A DNA stretch of 64,000 bases from Mizuhopecten yessoensis (lineage: Eukaryota): assembly GCF_002113885.1 (NCBI RefSeq), contig NW_018405745.1, forward strand, positions 437,513-501,512. The letters run 5' to 3'. The first letter of the stretch is position 1. Every line of letters begins with the position of its first letter. Positions 53,101 through 64,000 of the stretch are shown here, in pieces. The notes under the pieces were generated by a model. The model saw nothing but the letters and a program-made list of their open reading frames with translations, was not told the DNA's origin and did not search any database. A program made the position numbers and the translations under genes.

Positions 53101-56100
53101 ACAGACTCAGCATGCACAACCCCAACAGCAACATGCATTTAAAGGCTTTGTAACATCGGCTCAGAGCTCAACACCAACTGTAACACCTCAGTCAGCCTTA
53201 GGGTTTAAAGGGTTCATCAACCCTCAAATGTCACAGCCCACCACCCCAACACGTAAGAGCTCAGTTTCTGTATGTCTTTACTCTAGAGCATCAGACATCT
53301 GTTGGCTATCTGTTTGGTTAAAGCTGGTTACAGAGTGCACAAACATATGACACGTTGATATTGTTACAAAGTAAATCATTATATAAATAACATGTATAGT
53401 TAAAAAGTAGGGTGAGCATGTATATATCATTACAGGTAAGATGTGCACACTAAAAAGTCAAAAATAAACAGCAGCTTATTTCCCTAGTATATAGTCAAGG
53501 TATCTTAGCTTGTAGGCTTATTTTCATACATTTGAAAATGTTAATCATCAAGGAGTTATTTTCACAGAACCCTGAGATAGCATACCATAACGTGTTTGAT
53601 CACTTACATAAATACCCGGTACATTATTATTATATGCCGCTAAACGTCATTCTATAAAACCTGTTACTGGTTGATATCATCAGTTAAACAAAGGGAATCT
53701 TTTGATTGGTTCTTTATGTACAAAAAGCACCAATCCCAGCTGTTTTAACATTGAGCAGAGGTGTAGGGCTTCATTAGGTTGTTTACTGTACACATCAGAA
53801 AGAGGTATAAGGGGGATGTGTTGAGTGTACTTTTTACATTGGACCACTAGGCTATGAGAATTTCAAAACTTCTTAATAAAGACTCTTTCTGGTTTTCCAG
53901 ACAAAACATCAGGCTTTATACAAATTATATCATGAAATTTCATTCAGATATGCTCAGAATATATATTTGAAGAGGAAAATAAGCATCCCGTGCACATAGT
54001 GCTTGACATTTTACAAGTGATCTGTGTGATTTGTATTATTTTATATATCGTTTAAAATGTAACAGAGGTGTTGATAGGCACCTAATAATGTCTTCAAATG
54101 CCTGGTACATGGAATAAAAACTAGTGATTTATTACTTTAGTAAATGGGTTTTCTGGATTTCTTAAATTAATGACAGCTTATTTAGCTATTGTGGTTTAGT
54201 TTTAGAGATACAATCTTATTTTCAAGGTTTTAGGATATGTAATTGAATATATTTCAAATTATTCTGTGTTTTCTTCCCCAACAGACACAAAGTTTTTACT
54301 TTCATTTTAACTTGCAGCTATGCCAAACCTGACTGGACAGGCAGCAGGTGTGGGCCAGCCTGCATCATCTCAGTTTAAAGGTAAGGCTCCAGCTGTTTCT
54401 GTTTCTAAGGCACCTGTTCCGACAGCTTCAGTACCATTCACACCTCCTTCCGGTAATCGTCTACCAACTGCCCCTGTCCAGCCAATTGGAAGAGTTCAAG
54501 AGAGCAGACTAGGTACTGTAATACTTTTACTATGTTTCAGAAACAGATAAAATTAATTCTCTAACTGATGTGAAGATAACAAAATGTATCGAAAACTTAT
54601 CCTCCACCTTTATATAGTTAATTATCATCTGCATTGGAACTATATTGAAATCAAATGATTGCAAAATGAAGATGAACAAAATTAAACATTTTCTCAGTCA
54701 TGCTTATTATATATAAATTATAATACTCAGTACTCTGTCATGTCATTCCCAGCCCCTGTACAAGCAGTTGAGACCCCCAGATCAGGTGATTCAGAAGACA
54801 CTTTCACAAAGGGCATCATGGAGGAGGTATGTTTGATAATAGTTATATATTGACAATAATTTGATGTATTTGAATGCATAACTCCTGGTGTTCTTTGGAT
54901 AAAAACTAGGTGATCTAAAACGATGACCAAAGAAGAAAAGCAAAACTGGACACTAGTGGTTATTATAAACAAAAGAAGATTACTTTCAGATGTCATGATT
55001 CATAGATGGTAGATATACAGATAGTAAATATAGACATATGGTAGTTGTAGCTAGATAGTAGTTATAGAAAGGTAATAGTCATAGACAGGTGGTAGTTATA
55101 GATTGGTGGTAGATAAAGACAGGTAATTATAAATAAGTGTTAGTTATGGATGGGTGGTATTTATAGGTAGTAGTTATAGACAGGAGGTAGTCATGGATGG
55201 GCGGTAGTTATGGATGGATGGGTGGTAGTTATAGACAGGTGGTAGTTATGGATGGGTGGTAGTTATAGACAGGTGGTAGTTATAGACAGGAGGTAGTCAT
55301 GGATGGGCGGTAGTTATGGATGGATGGGTGGTAGTTATAGCCAGGTGGTAGATAAAGACAGGTGATAGTTATAGATAAGTGCTAGTTATAGATGGGTGGT
55401 ATTTATAGGTAGTAGTTATAGACCGGTGGTAGTTATGGATGGGTGGTAGTTATGGATGGATGGGTGGTAGTTATAGACAGGTGGTAGTTATGGATGGGTG
55501 GTAGTTATAGACAGGTGGTAGATAAAGACAGGTGCTAGTTATAGACAAGTGATAGTGGCATCCATCATCCGTTTGTCTGTCAACAATTTCTCCAGTGGAC
55601 TGGCCCAATCCTAAGATCTCATTTGCCATACTGCTTTCATTAAGAATCTTAAATATGCAGGTGAGCGATTGACTACTGATATATTTTATTGACCACTCAG
55701 TTGGCTCACTTTGAGGAGGAGATGTCAGAGTTTCGGGCCCAAACCTGTAATGGCGGAGTCCTGGTGGGCAGTCGATCGGAGATGCACCAGCTTAGAGGAA
55801 AGGTGGAAGAGTTAACCAACTTTTCATCAGAGATCATAACAACAACGAAGGTAAATTCACCGTCAATCTAGGCCTCACAAAGGCCTAGAGTTTAGTTAGC
55901 AGTTTTATTCATAGGAGTCATTAGTTCGTTTTACTAAGTGATTAGTCCCAGTGAAACTATAGGTTAGCACCCTGTTTGTCAGTCGGTCCATATTTACCAT
56001 AATTATTGAATTTGAATGAAAACTTGGGGATAGAGGTATCAGACAGTGTCACTTTCCACTCTCATTCTGTACATCAAGAGGGCTGTAGTGAGTGAGTGGT

Positions 56101-59100
56101 TAAGGCGTCTGACTGTCTACAATCACGAGCCCTCCACCACTGGGTCATGGGTTCAAGTTGTAAAAACATGTTTAATAATTGTTGTAAATATATAAAGTTT
56201 TTTTCTTAACTATTTTTTTGTCAATTGATTGTACTTTTGAAATTTGCTTGATAAAGAAACAATTGATGTGGTAGTATTAAACCTGCTTTTGTTACTTTTC
56301 TAAGGACCAGACTAAGGAGGTTGATGAGCAGAAGTCACTGTGTCTGGATTTATTTGCCATGGTGGAGGAGTGCCGTTTACGAGAGAGTCGGAATACTGAC
56401 AACAAGTACATGCATCTATTAAAAGCACGGGCCTTGGACCCTGCCAGTCTGGACCACCTCCGGCAGCTACAGCAGCAGTACCAGGTGCTTGACCAGGGCC
56501 TCAGAGACGTGGACGCCATCTTAGATCAACAGTGGAAAGAACATCAGAATAGGGACAGAAACAGAAACAAGTATGACCCGATATATATAATGTGCAGATT
56601 TAAATTATTGGTTTCAAATGTTAGCCATATATTTTTGTGGATAAGGTACCAAGACCTTACAGATTACATGTCTTACGGTTATTTTCATAAGTTTTTGACT
56701 TATTGATGTTTTACTGCTTACCCACATTGCTGACAGTATAAATAAAATATCATAAATGTAATTAGTCTTGAGATCTTGAGTCTGCACATAGCTTTCTGGG
56801 TTTGTCATGTGTTTCATTGTCATTTCAATTCTCTTTGTCAGGATCAAGGCGCCGACAACAGATGTGATGTATCGCGTCCTGAAGAGTAACAGCTCTCTGA
56901 TACGCAACCAAAAGTCTAACCTCAACAACTTGGAAAAGAAATTGAAGGAGCTTAAACTCTACAATAAAACTTCAGCATGGCAACACTCCAATTCTTCAAA
57001 TAATGAATCAAGGTATGTAATGAAATTTTAAATTAGTAAATCTGTTTGATTTATGAACATAAGGTTGGATACTGGTAAAACACATACAATATGAAATCAG
57101 TACAGGCATTTATAGAGTGTTTATGTATAATTTGCCAAAGCCTATTGTGGTTAAGTAAATTCTATTTATTGAAATTCATTTGAGGTATATACAATGAATC
57201 TTAACTTTGGAATACAATCAAATCCCCTATCATGACTACAGGTTCATCCTTGCTGTACCAAGCAACCTTACATGTAAGGTGATCCAGATTCTACAGGTTT
57301 CACCTGGATTTTGTAAACTTGACCAGCATACATGTTATTACTCTACACTTAGTGTGTAGTCACTGTAGTGTGTATTTGGTTAGCTTCTGCCATGGTGATT
57401 CTTCCGTTGTCATCTGTCCTCTGTCAACATTTGCATTAGCAACATCGACTCTTGAGCAGAATTTTACCACAATCTGATGACAGCATCATCAACCCATGGG
57501 GTTCAATGTTATATACAAAAAGGGGCTCGCCCAACTGGAATCTAATCAGTGTTGGTATCAAAAGCTATTAAATTAGCAGGTTTGCTTAAAATGACCTCTC
57601 CCCAACTTACTGTGCAGATTTCTTTGAAACCGAGTAATCCTTAGCTCATGTTGATCTTGAGTCAATTTGATTGATTTGCTATAAACTTCGTTTCATTAAG
57701 AGATTTCAAAGAGTTTATAGTTGTAGCATCCTTAGCCCATTAAGATAAAAAATTACTAGTATACAAATACAGTCAAACTTTGGTGATTCTCACTTTGCTG
57801 GACCATCAGGAAATATTGGAAACATTGAGACTTTTTGGCCCCACCCCTAAGCCCGGGGGGTCAGCCCCAACATTTGTACAATTTTGAATCCCTGCCTTCC
57901 ATGAATGCTTCCGACCAAATATGATTAGTATCCATGGCATAGTTCTACAAAAGTAGTCGTTTATAGCAATATAGCCGAATTGCCCCCTTTTGGCCCCGCG
58001 CCCCCCCCCCCAAAATATGATTGTTAATTGATGGAATGCATTTAATTTGAAATCTATATATACAAAATTATGTTTCATGTATATATACACTAGTATAGTT
58101 AGCAAGCAAGTTTAGGTGTTAAAATGACCCAGGTATATTTGGATATTCAAACAGGTACTGGTAATTGTTTTACCTCAATTTATTTGTTGTCATTAGTTGC
58201 AATTCAATTTGACACATCAAGTTTTGAATATTTGAAGTTTGATTTATGGCAGTTTGACTGTATGGGGGGTGACCCTCCTTAAGAGCTGAAAGAAGAAATA
58301 AGAGATTACATCAAACTGACCAGCATTTTCCTTATACAATGCTGGTCATGGCACATTACAATTTTCTTAGGTTGACAGATATGAGTAAAACCATTTGTTT
58401 TTCAAATATTTGAGAAATGAAGAAAACAAATTTTTGTTACCAGGGGTAAGTGGAAGTAATTTCAAATATTATATATGTTTCATAAACCTTAAAAACATTC
58501 TCCTATCTTCTTTCTTAACAGAGATTTAGAGTTGTCTACCCTGGCAGATAGTCTGTTGGATGTGGATGATACTCCAAAGCCTAGCCTCTCCTCCACACAG
58601 ATCAGCAATAAAGCTCCAAGTCCGGAGAAACAAGCACGCCTTCGTGACCACCTAGCTAGACGTGCAGTACCCAGAATTAAGTCCACCAGGCCAGGTAGGA
58701 ACAAAAGTAGAAAATATCTACAATGCATCATAGCATTTTCTATGAACTCAATGTAATTGCATACTGTATCAGAATTATATTTGAGATTTTAGTTATAAGA
58801 GAGAGTTGACATGTATGACATGATATTACAATTTAATAACATTAGAATTATGTTCGGAAACTTTGGAATTTTTCTGATTCATAGGTGAAACCAAAACCTT
58901 ACATGTGGCAAAGTTTTTGGAAAATGGTATGTTAATTTGTTGCTTCCAGAGAATTTGTCAATGTCCCGTATAGCTGCTGTAGACCGACGGAGGTATGACC
59001 CAGAAGAGACTGTTGTGGCTCATGCACCGGAGCAAAACTTCCAAAAACATATAGGTATGTGTGTAGCCATTAACAGGGGCTGCTGTTGCATATACTGGTT

Positions 59101-62100
59101 GGAATGATCCAGGTGTCATGAAATTATTCTGTAGATACATAAACAAGCTTTTGGGCTGGAAGAGAGCAGACGTTAACATGTGTGAATCAACCTGATATCG
59201 ATTCAGCATTGAAACAGTTGAAACAGCTGTGGACAGAGATTTACTCATTTTGAGAAGAAGTAGGAGATTAAAAGATATCTTCCTTTTAGATCAGACAGAC
59301 GCAAATTTCAATGGAAATGTTCCGATATAGTAATTAGTTTAAATTTTACATGTTTTGTTTGGAATTATACAGCAACATGCTTTTCCCGTTCAAAGTTATT
59401 CACCTCGTGTGACTTTCTTTATGAAATTTTGACCTTAGAATAAAGGTTGTCATGGTGTTTCAGCTGAGAGAGGGTCCAAACATTATGGCACTTCGTTCAG
59501 ACAACCAACCGGAAATAAAATGTCTTCTGGTGGCATGAATACAGCGGGAAACGTTGGTGGTCAGATGTTTATGCCAAGTGGTCAGATGTCAGCCCTGTCC
59601 ACCATACAAGGCAAACTTCCCATGACTATAACTGGACAGTCTGGAACAAGGGATGTGAGCAGGCATAATATGGTAATTATGCTCTATTGTCAAAACAGGT
59701 TAACAGTGTTACTAAGTCAAAATGTGGTAAAGTAATGTTTTATAGACAAAACATGGTAAAAAATGTACCTTTTCCAGTCAAATTATGGAAACAATTCCTT
59801 CTTATGTGCATGATTATAAATTAAAGATTTTATATGAAATACCCTAAGGCCTTGTAGCTTAAATACTCTTAATAATCTTTTGTTGTCAAAATATGATCGA
59901 TAATGTTCTGTAAAGCAGTCAAAACATGGTTACAAAGTGATAGATTTCTTTTTATCAAAATATGATAAATAATTTTCCTGAGGTCTACATTCAGAAAAAT
60001 ATGCCTCCCAACTGAACTATGTTTCCCCTAAACAATAAGTGCAACAACTAAAACATTGAATAACTAACCCATCCACATACACACAACTGGATTAACTTGC
60101 ATTATTGACTATTTACTTTGACATTTTTTACTATCTTAATGGTGTTTATTTGTAGCCCCCTTTGAGTGGTAACAACAACCTTCCATCCAAGTACACATTC
60201 AGTGCTCCTTCAGCTGTCCCAGGTATGTATAACTCAACCATATTTGTGATGTAACAACACTTTTCATTGGTTAATAATATTGTGTTATTAGCTGACCACC
60301 AGGTCCGAAGGACCAAGGTGAGCTTATGCCATACTGTGGCGTCCGTCGTCTTTACGTCAACAATTTCTTCAAACGACTTCTACTTCTTCTTAACCACTGA
60401 TTGGAATTTAAATAAATTTGACTGGAAACATCCCTAGGTAGTGGAGATTCAAAATTGTACAAATGGTGGGTCAGACCCCCAAGGGGGCTGAGGGTCGAGG
60501 CCAAAAGGGGGCAATTCGGCTATATTGCTATAAACGACTTCTTCTGTACAATTATGCCATTGATACCAATCATATTTGGTCGAAAGCATTCATAGGAGGC
60601 AGGGATTCAAAAATGCACAAATGGTGGGGCTGACCCGCTGAGCTAAGGGGTGGGGCCAAAAAAAATATATTACTTGGAAATGGTTGAGATCCCCACCATA
60701 TAACCATACAATTGCTGAGTATAAAGAGAAGAATGCACATTTGCTTCCAGGATGGCCCTATTAAACCATTATCAATATTATCTAAAATAATCGCTGGTCA
60801 AGTGGCGCAGTGGATTGCACACTTGCCTTTCACCAAGGCGGCCGGGGTTCTATTCCCTGATTGGACGTAAAAGGTATGGGGTCAATCGCCCGACCACGTG
60901 GGATTCTCCGGGTACTCTGGTTTCCTTCCACATGAAGATCCCCCAGGCGCTAACAGTCAGGACAACAAGAGTGATTAATATAAGTTGAACTAACTTGTTT
61001 CATAATGGTTGTTACATAAATGAAGTTTAAATTCATATTTACATTTGATATGATTTGTTTGATAATTGTTGTAAAATGATTAAAGTTGATTTATATTATG
61101 ATCTGAAATTCACTGATTTTACCTTAAAAACATGGATTATAGAATATTTCATTTAATATTACTAAAGAAATATTTTTTTCATTAAAAATCTTCCTGTAAG
61201 AGATTATAAGACAGAAGGTTGTAGTATAATTGTCTTGCTGCCACAAAGTAGTGGAAGCAGACTAAGGTGGTGCTTTTCTGGCGACAGCGGCGTTAACATT
61301 AAGTTTTTGCGTTTAAGTTAGTTTCACTGAAAGCCTAAGTGCTAGACCAACCAAACTTGGACCACAGATGCATCTTAGGTAGTACATCTCAACCCATGCA
61401 TTGAATGATGGATGTGGCCTACCTTTTATGGTCCATTGACTTTGTCAGCATCTCCATCAACATTAAGTTTTTGCGTTTAAGTTAGTTTATCTGATATGTA
61501 CATTGATGGTCAAAGCAGGGCACAGGCAAGACATATCAATCTTAATGGCTTGTTTAGTTTGTGTTGCCTTTTACTAAAGTCGTACAAAGGACCACTTGTC
61601 TATGTTAAAGGGGGACTGAAGAACCTAGGCCACATAGTTGTGGAAGACATAACACCACCCTCATCCACAGGATATGAAGAAGAAGATGAGGAAGACGATG
61701 AAGAGGATGAAGAGGATGACACATATGATGATGACGATGATGATGATTATGAGGAAGAGGAAGATGAGAATGGTATTGGATTTGGATCCCAATATACCAT
61801 GACAGAACAAGCCAATGAGAACATTCTTGTTAAAGGTGAATATTTAAACAGCGGTAATATCAGATAACCTATGTAACATTTTGGAACAGAGGAGACAATA
61901 TTACTTCTTTGAAAGTCTGGAGGTTTCTATACTTTAGCTTGAAAGAGGAATATTTCTTTTGGTTTGGGGTTATTACATGCAGGTGACAAGTAAAGGTCAA
62001 GGATGCTATAAATAGACTAACATCAGGAATCTGAACAAATGTTATTTTTCAGCACTATAGTTGGTCACATGCTCCCAACCAGGGGCTTATTCAGGAAACA

Positions 62101-63923
62101 TATTTTGGTTACACAGTGTTGACTTTGGCTGTGCTTGGTAGGGCAAACATTTGACCTATGGTTTTAGTAGAGAGATGATAGATAATGAATAATGTTGAAC
62201 ACATGCAAGAAGAAACTTGGAAAAGAACAAATAAATCAAAAGTCTTAAACTATAATTAGGGCCCCGTATCGGAGATACGGGTGCCCTATAGTAATCACTC
62301 TAGTAGTCAGTCTGTCTGTCCACAAATTTTGTTTCTGGCTGATAACTTTGGTATTTATTGACCGATGTACATGAAACTTGGTCAATATGTTCAGTTCACA
62401 AAAATACACATTGAGGTAAAAGTCAAGGTCAAAGGTTAAGGTCATTAGGTTCAAAGGTCAAGGTCAAATTTTACATCTTTTCACTGATGAACATTTTATT
62501 ATGACATTATGAAGCAAAGTTGGTCGGAATTAAAGAATAAATCAACTGTTAGCCCAGCAAATATGGAGGTGGAAGGAAGCAAGTCTCACATCATAGTACT
62601 GTAAAATGTATATTTTGCTTCCTTGCGCTTTTTTTTAAAAGTCTAAATGTCAAACGTCAAGCTCAGCTATATGGGCAGATTGCTTCTTGATGATTATGTG
62701 GGATATATTGCCACAAGGCGGGGCCCTTACTGACCTGTCAGTGTTCTAGTTGAATTAAGATGCCTTTTTTATTTTCCAGGCCATAGCACTTCACTGCCTA
62801 AGGCTGTTGGATTTAATATTGCTCAGACATCTGGAAATGTAAACAAAAACTTGTTTGGATCTGCTGTCACCAATAAATCTGTGTCAGGTACTGTAGCTAC
62901 TACAGTGAGTCCAATGGTGGCAACATTTGGTGGAAAACCAGGAGAATTCAGCTTCAGCAGTGGAACACAGTCCCAGACCTCCTTCACCTTTGGTGGCAAT
63001 GCTGGTGGGTCTGCATTTGCATTTGGTGGAACCTCTAAACCAGAAACTGGAGTTAAAACACCAGGTGTAGCATCAGCCAGTACCACCAAGTCTGACCAAT
63101 CAGCTTTCTCCGTGTCTGCCACAAAACGTCCAGCAGTAGCTAAGGACACGGGTTTCAACTTCGGAGGGCAAATGGCTAAAAACACAGACAGGCCAAGTGA
63201 GGAAGTATCAACTATCAGTCCCCTGTTATTGGAAGGTAGGTATCAAAACATGCAGGCCACACCTGTATAACCAGGTGAGCCACAGCCTCTTTGATATTTG
63301 ATATTTTTAACCCCCCTACCCCCTCCACTTAGCAGAAGGGTATATAATAATCGCTTGAACAGTGCATGCATGTATGTGTGTATCCATCCTCCATCCTTAC
63401 TGAGAAGCTAGTGTACAAGACAACTCACAAGTCCTTCCAAAAGAAATCATAGGTTGGTTTAAGTTCAAACCTAATACAATTTTGGTGATAACGGTAAAAG
63501 TTTAAGGGGTCAAAGGTTACACTTTACAACATTTGAAGTAAAAAGGTTCTATAGCAGATATCTCCTGAACTTATCCACAGATTAGTTTATATGGTACAGT
63601 ATGGTCACATTAATTTCTTTCCTCTGGTAAGATTATTGTGGTCAAGATTAAAGAGTCACACCTGTCCACTAATCATGTGGGAGGGATTCTCTTTTGTTTT
63701 AATTTCTTGCCTTTATTTAAAGGAAAAGGGATCATTATCAATAGTGGTTTTGAAATAGTTACATTTAACATTCTTTAACATTGTTTGAATGCTTTGTCAG
63801 CCCTGTCTGAGGAGGAAGTTCCCAGAGTACCAACGAGTGGTACAGCAGCTGCAGGGTTTTCATTCACTAATCCTGTACCACAATCAAAACCTGATGTCTC
63901 GGCCGCAGGAACTCTCAAACAAG
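41145..63923 (+). CDS. NUP214: Nuclear pore complex protein Nup214 (5' part, 23 exons; continues beyond window)
   Basis: Exons 41145-41186, 44386-44512, 45585-45811, 46274-46466, 47209-47340, 48680-48783, 48958-49055, 49929-49998, 51016-51142, 51786-51938, 52260-53252, 54318-54512, 54753-54826, 55701-55850, 56305-56570, 56842-57012, 58522-58694, 58950-59054, 59464-59672, 60156-60222, ~61590-61835 (acceptor ambiguous), 62780-63235, 63801-63923; phases consistent. Beta-propeller motifs PERDVK/DFKF, VCWSPRGKQLVVG, WNLDDSARAELP, LLLSTDGVL, then an FG-rich region, a coiled coil (GIMEELAHFEEEM..) and further FG repeats. Confidence 0.93.
42420..42635 (-). mobile_element. tRNA-derived SINE with V-domain-like core
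   Basis: Reverse complement of the 60793 element: tRNA-like head (CAGTGGATAGCGCAC..GGTTTGATTCCC) and TCTCCGGGTACTCCTGTTTCCTC core. Confidence 0.75.
42915..43275 (+). mobile_element. 5'-truncated HINE-like element
   Basis: Degenerate internal units plus 3' CAGGTGAGCAATACTGGCCATCTGGACCTCTTGTTT. Confidence 0.7.
44695..45268 (+). mobile_element. HINE-like element with a different ~147-bp internal repeat
   Basis: CATGGTCCTGAC at ~44695, 44842, 44987, 45141; 3' CAGGTGACC..AGGCCCATGGGCCTCTTGTT. Confidence 0.75.
46684..46772. repeat. Near-perfect palindrome (~43-bp arms, 3-nt loop), probably MITE-derived
   Basis: TATATGGGGCAAAGAAGTAATTCCAACAGTGTGGACAAGTTTA-GCC-TAAACTTGTCCCCACTGTTGGAATTACGTCTTTGCCCCATATA, 2 mismatches. 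Confidence 0.85.
48061..48612. mobile_element. Degenerate MITE family A copy (reverse interior, with insertion)
   Basis: Termini resemble family A (..TCCCGGGGTTACG.. / CAGGGGTGCAGAGA..); interior TGTGGATG and ATCTTCAAAAG in reverse orientation. Confidence 0.45.
50512..50640. repeat. 19-bp minisatellite x~6
   Basis: GGTCAATGTACAGTGTATA repeated. Confidence 0.9.
55005..55556. repeat. ~17-bp degenerate minisatellite
   Basis: GTAGTTATAGACAGGTG / GTAGTTATGGATGGGTG units. Confidence 0.9.
56080..56160 (+). mobile_element. Truncated tRNA-like SINE head
   Basis: A-box-like GTGAGTGAGTGGTTAAGGCG and B-box-like GGGTTCAAGT, without a full cloverleaf. Confidence 0.45.
57836..58012 (-). mobile_element. 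Fragment of HINE internal repeat (inverse of 60480-60660)
   Basis: TTGGCCCCACCCCT..CAGCCCC..ATTTGTACAATTTTGAATCCCTGCC..ATAGCAATATAGCCGAATTGCCCCCTTTTGGCC is the reverse complement of sequence at 60500-60660. Confidence 0.75.
60288..60660 (+). mobile_element. HINE-like element 5' part
   Basis: TTAGCTGACC..GGTCC-GAA-GGACC hairpin, GTGAGCTTATGCC, GTCCGTCGTC, then two internal units. Confidence 0.75.
60793..61025 (+). mobile_element. tRNA-derived SINE with V-domain-like core
   Basis: A box TGGCGCAGTGG, B box GGTTCTATTCCC, core TCTCCGGGTACTCTGGTTTCCTTCCAC; second copy at 42420-42635. Confidence 0.78.
62256..62751 (+). mobile_element. HINE-like element, separate family
   Basis: Sub-terminal inverted repeats AGGGCCCCG / CGGGGCCCT, 5' hairpin CCGTATC..GATACGG, GTCT microsatellite, 3' hairpin ACTGAC-CT-GTCAGT, ending CTAGTT. 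Confidence 0.72.
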
Positions 63924-64000
63924 GTCAGTTATAGTTCAAGGTTTGATACACTATAATTTGCAGATTTCTAGAATGGTAATTGGAACAAATCTTTCAAATA

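Noticed and set aside
54731-54752. Upstream acceptor for NUP214 exon 13 (AG at 54729-54730)
   Set aside because: Leads to an in-frame TGA; the acceptor ending at 54752 keeps the frame.
60793-60865. tRNA gene
   Set aside because: A/B boxes are present but there is no proper cloverleaf; it runs into a SINE core and has a second diverged copy at 42420-42635.

Overview
AT-rich animal genomic DNA with spliceosomal GT-AG introns. The repeat families (Helentron/HINE-like elements with ~147-bp internal satellites, V-domain tRNA SINEs) suggest a bivalve mollusc; this is inference. I assembled five protein-coding genes by hand with consistent intron phases: PSMB7 (+, exons 1-7 at 2994-10064; expected last exon not found), a catalytically intact PLPP6/7 lipid phosphatase (-, 18517-20495), FAM78 (+, 21020-22832, head-to-head with PLPP), a NEK6/7 kinase with a Gln/Pro/His-rich tail (-, 31773-38966), and NUP214 (+, 41145 to beyond the window end, head-to-head with NEK). 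From recalled human gene order, the orthologues form two adjacent groups on 9q33-34 (NEK6-PSMB7; NUP214-FAM78A-PLPP7), so this looks like an ancient microsyntenic block. Other points of note: a 46-bp minisatellite apparently born from the NEK activation-loop exon junction with the acceptor AG absent, a 35-bp hairpin minisatellite, a skippable poly-acidic NUP214 exon, and many MITEs/HINEs. No CRISPR, rRNA or genuine tRNA is supported.
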